A stretch of DNA of 64,000 nucleotides from a virus, in IMG/VR virus record IMGVR_UViG_3300035698_014711, positions 1 through 64,000 of that record. One strand, given 5' to 3'. Below the pieces are notes generated by a model. That model was not told the DNA's origin. It did no database searches and saw nothing but the letters and a program-made list of their open reading frames with translations. A program made the translations under genes and the position numbers. Below, in pieces: positions 31,027 to 39,369 of the stretch; within the stretch, counting starts at the first letter, position 1, and each line of letters opens with the position of its first letter.

Positions 31027-31432
31027 TTGCTTCCCTTTCTATCAAAGAATTTATAAGCTTAGGCCGGATCATACCTAGAACCTCAGCAGCATAAGAAATT
31101 GCCTCATATTGCTTGAACCACCGAGACTTTAGCAATGAATAAGCGTCAAGAGTTTCTTTAGTACCATCAGTCTTTAGTTTCTTGTCATACATAAAGTGAA
31201 AGCCCGAACGTTCAAACTTGCTGCCATAAAGATAGTTGATGGCAATCTCAAGACCATAAATCTTGCAGGACAAATTGTACTTCTTTTGATCTGCAGCTGA
31301 TTGCTCATCTGGTGAATGATGCGAAGGATATAGTCGGCCTTCCTTCTGGGTTGCTACCTTACTGGCAAGAATTGACTTTAAGACTAAGATTTGAGCCTTG
31401 TTGGGGTTATTAGTAACTGCATCGAGTTTCAT
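31019..31432 (-). CDS. hypothetical protein
   Basis: ORF with RBS. Confidence 0.65.
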   Translation of the reverse strand: MKLDAVTNNPNKAQILVLKSILASKVATQKEGRLYPSHHSPDEQSAADQKKYNLSCKIYGLEIAINYLYGSKFERSGFHFMYDKKLKTDGTKETLDAYSLLKSRWFKQYEAISYAAEVLGMIRPKLINSLIEREAIG

Positions 31433-31509
31433 TTTTAATTCCTAAAATAAGTTGCATTGTGAAAAGATCGAGATGGATTTTAGGGAGGCTTTTGAATCTA
31501 GAACATAGT

Positions 31510-31755
31510 CTAATATCCCTCTACGAGGCTGTACTCATGCTGCTGAGGTGCACCATAGATTGCCCGGTCTACCTTTTCAGTCTCTGCTATTGCTGCAATT
31601 CTTGTGTCATATTTCTTTGCAAAAGCATCAGCATACCTAAAGCAATCATCTGTCAGTTCAGAAATAGAACCATCCCAAGAACCTGTAGCACTGCCGGCAG
31701 CTAAAACACCAACCGCAAACTTTACAGCAATATCTAATTTTTCTTTTTCTGTCAT
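31510..31755 (-). CDS. hypothetical protein
   Basis: ORF with GAGG RBS. Confidence 0.6.
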   Translation of the reverse strand: MTEKEKLDIAVKFAVGVLAAGSATGSWDGSISELTDDCFRYADAFAKKYDTRIAAIAETEKVDRAIYGAPQQHEYSLVEGY

Positions 31756-31771
31756 TATATCCTCTTATATT

Positions 31772-31846
31772 TGGTGCAGCTGATGAGAGTTCAACTCTCA
31801 TCATGGATTTTAGAGATCCCTGCATATCCTGCTGAGCTACGGGGTG
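31772..31846 (-). pseudogene. degenerate tRNA with CTA (amber) anticodon
   Basis: TAGCTCAG D-arm start, GGAT-CT-CTA-AA-ATCC, ACCA end; acceptor stem poorly paired. Confidence 0.55.
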
Positions 31847-31856
31847 ATGTTAGATG

Positions 31857-32288
31857 TTAGCCTAGTCCTTTTTTGCCGGCACGAATATCATTCATACATT
31901 CAGCAACAAAGAGAGAATGGCCTCCTTTGAGAAGCACTGTGACACCAAGTTCTGCTTTAACCCAATCGGGATAAAAGGCCACAATTGAAGTCACGTCAAC
32001 ATCAACTGGAGCGTTCTCAGGGGGGAGAGTGAGAGTGATCATATTTGGAAACAAGTGTTTACGTTCCGACGCCTTAGCTGCAGCCTCATCTTCCATGGCT
32101 AATACCGCCGAAGCCTCATTGAGCCACTCGGCCCGCGCATCATCACCCCTGCCCATCTTGCGCTTGATGATTGGAGCAGTAATAGAGTCTGCAGTCTCGA
32201 TAAACCGCTGCCGAGCCGCATGTTCGAACATACGCCAATCATCGGTTGAGCTTGCAAGCAACATCTGTGTTTCGGTCATGACATACAT
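31857..32288 (-). CDS. hypothetical early protein
   Basis: Follows promoter/RBS cassette. Confidence 0.7.
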   Translation of the reverse strand: MYVMTETQMLLASSTDDWRMFEHAARQRFIETADSITAPIIKRKMGRGDDARAEWLNEASAVLAMEDEAAAKASERKHLFPNMITLTLPPENAPVDVDVTSIVAFYPDWVKAELGVTVLLKGGHSLFVAECMNDIRAGKKGLG

Positions 32289-32291
32289 AAT

Positions 32292-32339
32292 TCACTCCTT
32301 GGTTGATTATTTATACCATAACCAAGGAGTGATGTAAAC
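32292..32339 (-). promoter_or_regulatory. early promoter inside inverted repeat (PeSL-like)
   Basis: tcactccttggtt...aaccaaggagtga flanks the -10 box; GTTTACA -35. Confidence 0.8.
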
Positions 32340-32341
32340 CC

Positions 32342-32620
32342 TTAATCTGCAATCTTTTGAACTTTGTCCCGAAGGACCATCACCTGAACAAGCCGACGCT
32401 TTTCTGTGAGTTCTAATACAACTTCTTCAGCCAACTCTTCCCAGATCTCGTTGTGCAATTTGATATCACAAACCTTTGAGATCTGAAAATAAGACTCAAG
32501 ACACCGGCGAGGAGAAATAAGACCGGGAAGTTCAACAGCAGACTTATTTGAGACCATATTCATCACTCGATGATAAGCTACTGCAAGACGGGCTGCATTC
32601 AGTGTTGATACATTAGACAT
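32342..32620 (-). CDS. hypothetical early protein
   Basis: Follows promoter/RBS cassette. Confidence 0.7.
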   Translation of the reverse strand: MSNVSTLNAARLAVAYHRVMNMVSNKSAVELPGLISPRRCLESYFQISKVCDIKLHNEIWEELAEEVVLELTEKRRLVQVMVLRDKVQKIAD

Positions 32621-32626
32621 AATTCA

Positions 32627-32672
32627 CTCCTTGGTTAAGTTAAGTATAACCTATCCAAGGAGCAGTGTAAAC
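32627..32672 (-). promoter_or_regulatory. early promoter inside inverted repeat (PeSL-like)
   Basis: ctccttgg...ccaaggag plus GTTTACA. Confidence 0.75.
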
Positions 32673-32679
32673 ACCTAAG

Positions 32680-34119
32680 TTACTTTCTTTTCTTAAGCCA
32701 TGGCTTGTCAATCTCACCAGCCATCATAGAACCCAAAGGAAGGATTTCATCTACAATGTTAGCAAGCTTATAGTCTTCAATTTGACGGCGGACTTCTGCT
32801 GCAGACTTATAGGCGCCGGGAAGTTCAGAAGGATCTGGCATCCCAGTATAGAACCTAGCATCAATATGACCAGCCTGTTCCTCCATAATCTGAGCAGTAG
32901 TCTTATGAGCATTCAATTTCTTGAATTTAGTCCGAGACATATTCCGTCCAGCCCCATGAGGAGCAAACCCGAACTCATTCTTTTCATGATCTTTTACAAT
33001 CAAGATAGGCTCGCCCATGTTTAAGGGAATAATAGTTCTTCCGTGGATATCTGCGTCGTGAGCGTGTTGACCGAACACAGGTGTAGAACCCTTGGCATGG
33101 TAGAAGTTTTCTCCTTGCTTAAAGACAAAGTTATGCTCATTCCAGAAACGGTCGATAATGTTTGGAGTATCCATATTCATTGCACGCATCACAGCATCAT
33201 GGATCACAGTATGGTTCCACTTTGTCCATTCTCGAATGATTTGCAAAGCTTCCCAATATTCCTTACCTTCTTCGGTATCATATGGAATCCAAGCATTGTG
33301 CTTTGGAATGTCTGGAGCAATTTCTCTCCGAACAAGTTCAGCTGCAATCATGCCATTCTTATATAACAAAGCTCCAGGCTTACGAGACCCGTGATGAGTA
33401 ATGAAAACAAGCTTTCCGTCAGACTTTGCTTTGCCTACATAGAAGAAGTGGTTTCCATCACCCTGAGTTCCAAGATGATCAGACATTGCTTTAAGCATTT
33501 GAACTGATGCAAGGAAACGGTTATCTTTTGCTCGGTTGGTGATAGGACCAGAATGTTCCATCGACAGGTCTTTTCTTCCCCCAGGCCCAAAATGAGACTG
33601 AGCTTGGACATGATCAAGAATATCAGCCACATCAAATTCGTCTGCATCAAAATCAAACTTTGTCAAAAACATTGAGCAGCAAATATCAGCAGAGTGCATT
33701 CCTGGATGGATAGCATTCTTAGCTACTGCTACAGCCCCAACAGGAATAGTTCCTAATGTGCCCCCAGCTGGACAAGCATCAGGGAGTATAGCAGCATCTA
33801 CAATGGTGGGAATTCTCATCAATTCAGCCATATGCTCATGGACTGCAGACATGTTTTCTTTTTCATACTCATTGTTGCCAGCATCAGCAAAGACATGGTA
33901 GGGCTTCTTAAATTTCTCATCCAAAAAGACCATGTTCTCTGCTCGGTCACGGCGAATAGTTTCCTCCATATCATTATGCTCTTGAATCATCTCAAACATT
34001 GCTTCTTCGATGATAGTTTCTTCAATATCATTCTCATGCAAGGCTGCAGCAACTGCTAACATGTCTGCAAAATGTGGCCCGGGTTTACACCCGAGCTCTA
34101 TTAGTCTGTTTCCGTCCAT
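32680..34119 (-). CDS. rtcB: RtcB 3'-phosphate RNA ligase with N-terminal extension
   Basis: LPDAC, IPVG, SADICC, LGTQGDGNHF, THHGSR, HNF, HAKG, APHGAGR, ELPGAYK; start ATG 34119 has RBS. Confidence 0.93.
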   Translation of the reverse strand: MDGNRLIELGCKPGPHFADMLAVAAALHENDIEETIIEEAMFEMIQEHNDMEETIRRDRAENMVFLDEKFKKPYHVFADAGNNEYEKENMSAVHEHMAELMRIPTIVDAAILPDACPAGGTLGTIPVGAVAVAKNAIHPGMHSADICCSMFLTKFDFDADEFDVADILDHVQAQSHFGPGGRKDLSMEHSGPITNRAKDNRFLASVQMLKAMSDHLGTQGDGNHFFYVGKAKSDGKLVFITHHGSRKPGALLYKNGMIAAELVRREIAPDIPKHNAWIPYDTEEGKEYWEALQIIREWTKWNHTVIHDAVMRAMNMDTPNIIDRFWNEHNFVFKQGENFYHAKGSTPVFGQHAHDADIHGRTIIPLNMGEPILIVKDHEKNEFGFAPHGAGRNMSRTKFKKLNAHKTTAQIMEEQAGHIDARFYTGMPDPSELPGAYKSAAEVRRQIEDYKLANIVDEILPLGSMMAGEIDKPWLKKRK

Positions 34120-34130
34120 AACTTTTCCTA

Positions 34131-34784
34131 TTATGTTTTTGGTCGCTTGACCAAGGCATCCTTTGACGGACAATTATTCCCTGGCTTGTAAGAGCTCATG
34201 AAGTTTACCCGTGCTTCATCTCCACCATTTTCAATCCAGATACCCTCTGTTTTTCCACCCCAGGCCTGATACGTTGGTTTTGCTTCATAGATAAAGGCAT
34301 CACCATCACCGTCTACTGCCAAATATTGGAACTTAGGATCAATTTGGCTCCAGTCAATAGAAGGCTTTACAACTGGCTTTGTCACGAGACGATAGACTCG
34401 GTTGGGGAGCAATTTAAAGACAGAGCCTTGCTTCCAGATTCCATCACCACCTATACGGTGCCCCGCATATGTCTTTACTACTTCAGTCCATGCACCAAGT
34501 TTCGTATAGACTTCAATTGGTCCTGCAGATTCAGCAAAGGCATCCTGCATCTCTTTTGACAATAGCCCGTAAGCAGTTGTGTTCTCAACAAGCTGCTTAG
34601 TGCATCGCGGGACAAGTTCAAAATAGCCCGCGGTGCTGCTCCACTGATTGATAACCTCAATTGCGCCGGCATATGGTACGTCTAGAACTACGTACTCAGT
34701 ACCGACAATACCGAAGCGGCTGGGATCATGTGACTCTACAGTCCTGATAACCGTATCACCTACATTAAAATTATGCTTATTCAT
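34131..34784 (-). CDS. hypothetical protein
   Basis: ORF with AGGAG RBS. Confidence 0.7.
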   Translation of the reverse strand: MNKHNFNVGDTVIRTVESHDPSRFGIVGTEYVVLDVPYAGAIEVINQWSSTAGYFELVPRCTKQLVENTTAYGLLSKEMQDAFAESAGPIEVYTKLGAWTEVVKTYAGHRIGGDGIWKQGSVFKLLPNRVYRLVTKPVVKPSIDWSQIDPKFQYLAVDGDGDAFIYEAKPTYQAWGGKTEGIWIENGGDEARVNFMSSYKPGNNCPSKDALVKRPKT

Positions 34785-34965
34785 AGCAAATCTCCTAGAT
34801 TTTTACATATTTTCTAACAAAGAGAGCAAATCTCTTAATTAGTTTGGATCGAATTCGTTGCCTAATGAATGCCATGAAGCCTCTTTTCCATAAGGCTTTA
34901 ATAGGCCACCAGTAAGAAAGAACTTTATAGAAAAACATTAAGTATCTCCAGATTTCAATATCTCG

Positions 34966-35322
34966 TTAGAGAATTGCTTTCCAATGTTTATTAAACTCTG
35001 TCATATATGACTGAATATTTTCTGCTCCAACCGGATTAGCACTATGCACATGCCAGCTAAAGTCAGGGTCATATTTTACTTTTTGGTCTAGAATATAATC
35101 ACAGATCCATTTTGCAAAGGTGAAGCCGGTCTTTTCTTCGTAGAATTTGCCGACATCAGCCAGATCGTGATCAAAGCTAACAAAGCTTGGAAGTCCGTAT
35201 TGCGTGACTGCCCAAACAGCATCATTCATTGACCGGCAGATTACTAGCTCTTTAAGAGGAGCATAGTCATATTTTACTTGAGATGGAAAGCGGATATCAT
35301 CTAAGAAAAGTTTCCAGTTCAT
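34966..35322 (-). CDS. cyclic-phosphate-processing receiver (REC) domain protein
   Basis: KLFLDDIR, SFDHDL, TG, VHSANPVG. Confidence 0.8.
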   Translation of the reverse strand: MNWKLFLDDIRFPSQVKYDYAPLKELVICRSMNDAVWAVTQYGLPSFVSFDHDLADVGKFYEEKTGFTFAKWICDYILDQKVKYDPDFSWHVHSANPVGAENIQSYMTEFNKHWKAIL

Positions 35323-35342
35323 TCTGTTTCACTCCTTGTTGA

Positions 35343-35376
35343 GACCATACTATACTAAAATGGGCACAAAGTAAAC
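35343..35376 (-). promoter_or_regulatory. early promoter
   Basis: GTTTAC...TAGTAT. Confidence 0.55.
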
Positions 35377-35394
35377 ACTTCATGCCCATTCTTT

Positions 35395-35871
35395 TTACCA
35401 AAAGTCGTAATAAAATTGCTTGCTAGAGCGGCGGGTAGGAAGAGGAATTTTCTCCCACTCATCTTTAATAACTTTGTTGCAAAACTCTTTATTTTCACGC
35501 CGAAGAAGCTTCTTGCCAGCATTCTTATAGCCAGTCTTTCTTCCAGTCTCAGTGACACCATCACGGGTGTACTTATCTCTAAATGCCTTCCTATCAGAAA
35601 GCTGCTCTTCAAAAGAATATGGAACAGTAACCATTTTCCATTGGGAGACATGAGCCTTGTGAAACCAATTGAAAAGACGTTCAATAAGAGTTGCATTTTT
35701 CAAAGCAATGGCATAATCAAGATCTGCTTTCTTGATAAGAATCTCAATTTCATCAGCAGTCCGACGTTTGCGCCCGCACCGAGTCTCATCCTCATGAAAG
35801 TAGCAGTCATTGAGATAGTTGATTTCACTTTCCCGCTCAATAAAGTGGGTCTTTCTGTAAGTTCTAGACAT
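35395..35871 (-). CDS. basic hypothetical protein (MSRTYRK family)
   Basis: Arg/Lys-rich ORF with AGGAG RBS. Confidence 0.75.
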   Translation of the reverse strand: MSRTYRKTHFIERESEINYLNDCYFHEDETRCGRKRRTADEIEILIKKADLDYAIALKNATLIERLFNWFHKAHVSQWKMVTVPYSFEEQLSDRKAFRDKYTRDGVTETGRKTGYKNAGKKLLRRENKEFCNKVIKDEWEKIPLPTRRSSKQFYYDFW

Positions 35872-35894
35872 TCTTTTCTCCTAAGCTAAATAGC

Positions 35895-35927
35895 TTAAGC
35901 GTTGATGTCATTCTCATAGTAGTTCAT
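35895..35927 (-). promoter_or_regulatory. 10-codon uORF MNYYENDINA
   Basis: AAGGA RBS; its stop begins a TAAGCTA-TT-TAGCTTA hairpin overlapping the next RBS. Confidence 0.55.
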
Positions 35928-36100
35928 TTTGTTTCCTTATCTGTAAATAACTAAATGTTACCTTTAACCCAATCAATCTTTTGATGCCAACCGATCTTTT
36001 GGGCTTCTGTATAATCATTATTCCAATCGCCGGCGTTGACGCGCAGTGCTAACTTTTTAGCTAAGTTTTTAGTATGATCAGAGAATTTCATAGTTGCTCC

Positions 36101-36174
36101 TGGATACCCGGGCTGGACTCGAACCAGCATTAACAGATTCAGAGCCTGCTTTCCTGCCATTAGAAGACCGGGTA
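36101..36174 (-). tRNA. tRNA-Gln(CTG)
   Basis: Cloverleaf, CCA. Confidence 0.9.
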
Positions 36175-36177
36175 ATG

Positions 36178-36420
36178 TTATGCTTCAATATCAGTATTAC
36201 CTGAACGTAGAAACTCCATTCTTTCTATAGTTTCTTCTTGTGTCATACAATAAAAGCCTTCCAGAACTACACCTGTGGGTAATACAAAGTCTGTAGCTTC
36301 TAATGAAGCAACCGTTGCTTCGCATTGCTCCATACTTACTTGAGGGTGAGGCAATACCTGAGGGTGAAAAGATGCTTGTCCGTTAATGAAGAAGATAGTA
36401 ACTAAGAATAAAGTTTTCAT
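36178..36420 (-). CDS. hypothetical protein
   Basis: ORF with RBS. Confidence 0.65.
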   Translation of the reverse strand: MKTLFLVTIFFINGQASFHPQVLPHPQVSMEQCEATVASLEATDFVLPTGVVLEGFYCMTQEETIERMEFLRSGNTDIEA

Positions 36421-36435
36421 TTAAGTTTCCTTTTT

Positions 36436-36527
36436 TGGCAGAAGCAGGGAGAATCGAACTCCATACGCCGAGAGACGCACGATAAGATTAGCAATCCCTC
36501 CTAGGAACCATCCTAGTTCTTACTTCC
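36436..36527 (-). tRNA. tRNA-Ser(GCT)
   Basis: Long V-arm, G73, CCA. Confidence 0.88.
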
Positions 36528-36530
36528 ATT

Positions 36531-36606
36531 TGGAGTTAGTGCCCGGACTCGAACCGGGGCCTCAAGGATTTGCAATCCTGCGCATTAACCGCTTTGCTAC
36601 ACCAAC
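36531..36606 (-). tRNA. tRNA-Cys(GCA)
   Basis: Cloverleaf, U73, CCA. Confidence 0.93.
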
Positions 36607-36627
36607 ATATTTCTTAAGTATTTATAA

Positions 36628-36702
36628 TGGTGCTTCCAGCAAGAATCGAACTTGCGGCTGACCCTTACCAAAGGTCTGTTTTACCATTGAAACTATGGAA
36701 GC
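36628..36702 (-). tRNA. tRNA-Thr(GGT)
   Basis: Cloverleaf, CCA. Confidence 0.93.
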
Positions 36703-36705
36703 GTA

Positions 36706-36793
36706 TGGAGGAGAGACAGGGAATCGAACCCTGGAGACACTCGCATGCCTTACTGATTTCCAACCAGCTGCCTTACCGCTCGGCCACCTCTCC
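36706..36793 (-). tRNA. tRNA-Ser(GGA)
   Basis: Long V-arm, CCA. Confidence 0.88.
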
Positions 36794-36797
36794 GTAT

Positions 36798-36925
36798 TGG
36801 CCCTTGCTGCGGGAATCGAACCCTAGTAAATAACTGCTTCATGTAGAGCTCGAGTTAACATGAAACATCTATCTACAACTTCCATCCGCTTTCACACGGC
36901 TACTCTACCATTGAGCTAAACAAGG
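36798..36925 (-). ncRNA. 128-nt tRNA-like RNA with about 55-nt inserted hairpin
   Basis: Acceptor CCTTGTT/AGCAAGG, D-arm, GGGTTCGATTCCC T-arm, CCA; no canonical anticodon loop. Confidence 0.7.
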
Positions 36926-36935
36926 ATATTAAGTT

Positions 36936-37002
36936 AAGTTACAGGTCGAGCCGACAAAGTCATATTACTACCTTTCACGAGTGAGCTGATAGCCCGTAAC
37001 TT
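36936..37002 (-). ncRNA. small structured RNA candidate
   Basis: Closing stem AAGTTACGGG/CCTGTAACTT between tRNA genes. Confidence 0.4.
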
Positions 37003-37004
37003 AT

Positions 37005-37078
37005 TGGTGGACCGGGTGGGGATTGAACCCACGTCCTGGGATTAAGAGTCCCGTGCTATACCACTCAGCTACCGGTCC
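37005..37078 (-). tRNA. tRNA-Lys(CTT)
   Basis: Cloverleaf, CCA. Confidence 0.93.
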
Positions 37079-37084
37079 GTATTC

Positions 37085-37174
37085 TTATGCACCGTCATCA
37101 TCACGAAGATCATCTTCATCATCTGTCTGGATTGTGCCATCTTCATCATAAAACCAAAAATCATCCATCATCAT
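37085..37174 (-). CDS. 29-aa highly acidic peptide
   Basis: MMMDDFWFYDEDGTIQTDDEDDLRDDDGA. Confidence 0.4.
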   Translation of the reverse strand: MMMDDFWFYDEDGTIQTDDEDDLRDDDGA

Positions 37175-37188
37175 TCCATTCTATAAGT

Positions 37189-37280
37189 TGGTAGAAGTGC
37201 CAGGAGTTGAACCTGGTCGAGAACGGTAATCTGCCGCTGAAAGACTTATAAGATCTCCCTGTGTACCAACACCCACTTCC
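37189..37280 (-). tRNA. tRNA-Ile(TAT), atypical long V-arm
   Basis: GGAGAT-CT-TAT-AA-GTCTTT, short D-arm, V-arm GCGG..CCGT, ACCA. Confidence 0.75.
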
Positions 37281-37286
37281 GTTATT

Positions 37287-37370
37287 TGGTATAAGCGTGA
37301 AGGTATTGAACCTTGGAATACCGCTTTACTAGCTCGCAAATATTCCAGCAGACCACACTGCCATACGCCC
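37287..37370 (-). pseudogene. tRNA-like RNA with aberrant anticodon arm
   Basis: D-arm GCAG/CTGC, GGAATA..TATTCC arm, T-arm AAGG-TTCAATA-CCTT, ACCA. Confidence 0.55.
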
Positions 37371-37377
37371 TCAGTTA

Positions 37378-37647
37378 TTACATTTTATGTGATCTCTCAC
37401 ATTGTTCTGTAATTGCAGCATCAGACAAATCGAGATTAGGACGTGTCAGACCCTCATAGCAAATCAGGTCCTGTTTAAACCCAAAGTCATTTTCTGAGTT
37501 AACATACATTTGGATGAACCGTCCAGCACCATTAGGATAGCTCAATAGAAACCTTGCAGAAAGTATACCTAAGGCAATCTCCTGTGAGATAAACTTACCG
37601 GTGAAGTGTCCTCGAAGACAGTTCCCTAGGGTATATGACTTTTCCAT
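37378..37647 (-). CDS. hypothetical protein
   Basis: ORF in operon. Confidence 0.55.
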   Translation of the reverse strand: MEKSYTLGNCLRGHFTGKFISQEIALGILSARFLLSYPNGAGRFIQMYVNSENDFGFKQDLICYEGLTRPNLDLSDAAITEQCERSHKM

Positions 37648-37648
37648 A

Positions 37649-37855
37649 TCAAGTAGTCTCTACTGTCTCCATGACAGCCTGCAAAAGTTTGTCATAATCA
37701 CCTGACATTGCTTTAGTCTCAAACTCTGCAATATCATCTGCAGAACAACCACCGCGGCGCATTGCTTTCGCGGTGCGTCCGATGACAGAGAAAGCATTAC
37801 CGTCTTCGCCTACAAGACACACGATAACATTTGGAAATTTAACAGTCATGATCAT
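37649..37855 (-). CDS. conserved small phage protein
   Basis: LVGEDGNAF..IG....AM......SGDYD.LL motif; start below promoter. Confidence 0.75.
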   Translation of the reverse strand: MIMTVKFPNVIVCLVGEDGNAFSVIGRTAKAMRRGGCSADDIAEFETKAMSGDYDKLLQAVMETVETT

Positions 37856-37880
37856 ATCCTCATTGTGTTTTGTTAAGACT

Positions 37881-37910
37881 AAACTAACATACAACAGGGC
37901 CAATGTAAAC
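37881..37910 (-). promoter_or_regulatory. early promoter
   Basis: GTTTACA...TATGTTAGTTT. Confidence 0.6.
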
Positions 37911-37912
37911 CA

Positions 37913-38572
37913 TTATTTTGATTTTTCTTTACGGAAGCTTTTCACATAGTCAAAGCCTGCTTTTTGGATCTTATCTTTATCAGCCAGAGGTTTGATGTCA
38001 GGATTATTTGCAATGATACCCGAGACATATTGAAAGATCTCTTGGTGACAGGAGAATGCATCTAGGATAGAAGGAAGCCCTAAGGAGACAAGCCCATCGC
38101 AGTTGATAGTATGGATCCATTTACCTTTCTCACGTTTAGCAAAAGAGACTGAGGTCACAATCCTATTGTCAATCAAAAACTTCTGGTAGGTTTCTCTATT
38201 AATTCCAAGAAATTCATCGATAGCAGGAATGATTTGCTTTCTCTTGTAGCGTGAGAGAATCTTTGTTAGCTTCTTATCACGAGTATAATGAAAGCCATGG
38301 TGTGTTTCAACAAAGGGATAGCACTTAGTAGCTACTGTCACATACCCAAACCGGATATGAAAGGTATGACTACCGCACCAGAGACCTTGGTCTTTTTTGT
38401 CAAAGGTGTATGAAAGATTGGGGACATAACCGGGCCTACCAAAGCCGACACTCGGTAGAGCAAATGGGAGCTTAGCATTATCTACTTCAGTATTTGTTCT
38501 TTTAAACACATAAGCTTTATCAATACCATAGCCACATCCATCATAGTAATCGTGGCCTCGAATAATAAGCAT
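37913..38572 (-). CDS. conserved hypothetical phage protein
   Basis: DYYD N-terminus; KIQKAGFD..SFRK C-terminus. Confidence 0.75.
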   Translation of the reverse strand: MLIIRGHDYYDGCGYGIDKAYVFKRTNTEVDNAKLPFALPSVGFGRPGYVPNLSYTFDKKDQGLWCGSHTFHIRFGYVTVATKCYPFVETHHGFHYTRDKKLTKILSRYKRKQIIPAIDEFLGINRETYQKFLIDNRIVTSVSFAKREKGKWIHTINCDGLVSLGLPSILDAFSCHQEIFQYVSGIIANNPDIKPLADKDKIQKAGFDYVKSFRKEKSK

Positions 38573-38584
38573 ATCACTTCTCCA

Positions 38585-38770
38585 TTATAAAGAGCATATA
38601 CTGGCAAACATCTCATATTCTTCTATTATCAATTCTATAGTTTTGTGTGTATCTCTTGATTGTCTGTAAGCTCTATGTAAATGGACCCATTCAACAGGAA
38701 AATTAGATTCATAGAGTGCCCAATTCAAAAGATCATTGGGAAGATTTTCTCTTATAAGCAATTCATCCAT
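38585..38770 (-). CDS. hypothetical protein
   Basis: Short ORF. Confidence 0.5.
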   Translation of the reverse strand: MDELLIRENLPNDLLNWALYESNFPVEWVHLHRAYRQSRDTHKTIELIIEEYEMFASICSL

Positions 38771-38784
38771 AATACACCTGTAAT

Positions 38785-38856
38785 TGGAGCGGACAGAGGG
38801 AATCTAACCCTCTCCTTAAGTTTGGAAAACTATTTGGCTAACATAGCCCTGCCCGC
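38785..38856 (-). tRNA. tRNA-Gly(TCC), reduced D-loop
   Basis: GCGGGCA/TGTCCGC, U73, D-arm GGCTA-TGT-TAGCC, T-loop TTAGATT. Confidence 0.8.
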
Positions 38857-38859
38857 ATA

Positions 38860-38912
38860 ACCGTGGAGTGTTGAGTTTTTATGCAATAAAATTAAGGAAC
38901 ACTCTTTACGGT
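38860..38912 (-). ncRNA. GTTCCTTA hairpin motif, copy 4
   Basis: ACCGT-AAA-GAGTGTTCCTTA..AACACTC-C-ACGGT. Confidence 0.7.
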
Positions 38913-38930
38913 AGAATAGTATTTATAAGA

Positions 38931-39158
38931 TTAACATCGCATTTTTGGATCAGAATGAAAAGGACTCATTCCAGTTTTACCTGCATGAGCTTCATTAAGC
39001 TTTTCTTGTTGATCAGCTGGATAGCTTGGATCAATTTCATGAAGAAAAACCATATTCAAGTGTCTCTTGATTAGATCCACTTGCTGAGAGTTAATATTAA
39101 CAGGCTCGGCTACTTCAAAGAAGCCCTGTAGCCAATAGCAAAATTCTGTAGATTTCAT
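38931..39158 (-). CDS. conserved small phage protein (FCYWLQGFFE)
   Basis: True start ATG 39158 with AAGGA RBS. Confidence 0.75.
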   Translation of the reverse strand: MKSTEFCYWLQGFFEVAEPVNINSQQVDLIKRHLNMVFLHEIDPSYPADQQEKLNEAHAGKTGMSPFHSDPKMRC

Positions 39159-39174
39159 GTCAGTATCCTTAAAT

Positions 39175-39363
39175 GGCGAGTTGTAATTTGGTGGCACGCA
39201 AGGGCCTTGCTTGATGTAAGGAACAACTTGTGCCGATGTGAATATGCCGGAGTGTAAGGTTTCTAAAATGAATGAATAAGGAACACTCTTTGGCAATATG
39301 TTAATGATGAGCTGTTAAAAATCGGAGGTTGGTCCGACCACGAGTAAGGAACAGCTTTTATCA
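39175..39363 (-). repeat. three tandem GTTCCTTA hairpin motifs (39305-39363, 39245-39295, 39175-39234)
   Basis: Invariant taaggaac (plus strand) with covarying stems and unrelated loops. Confidence 0.8.
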
Positions 39364-39369
39364 AATTTC

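Noticed and set aside
31772-31846. Genome-wide TAG recoding
   Set aside because: Core genes are full length in the standard code, TAG ends several genes at sensible positions, and the CTA tRNA is degenerate.
39159-39296. N-terminal extension of ORF 38931..39296
   Set aside because: It runs through the hairpin array; an RBS and ATG at 39158 mark the real start.
39175-39363. CRISPR mini-array
   Set aside because: Only about 8 nt are invariant, units are self-complementary with covarying stems, and there are no cas genes; the 62889 nuclease is an ordinary T4-like exonuclease.
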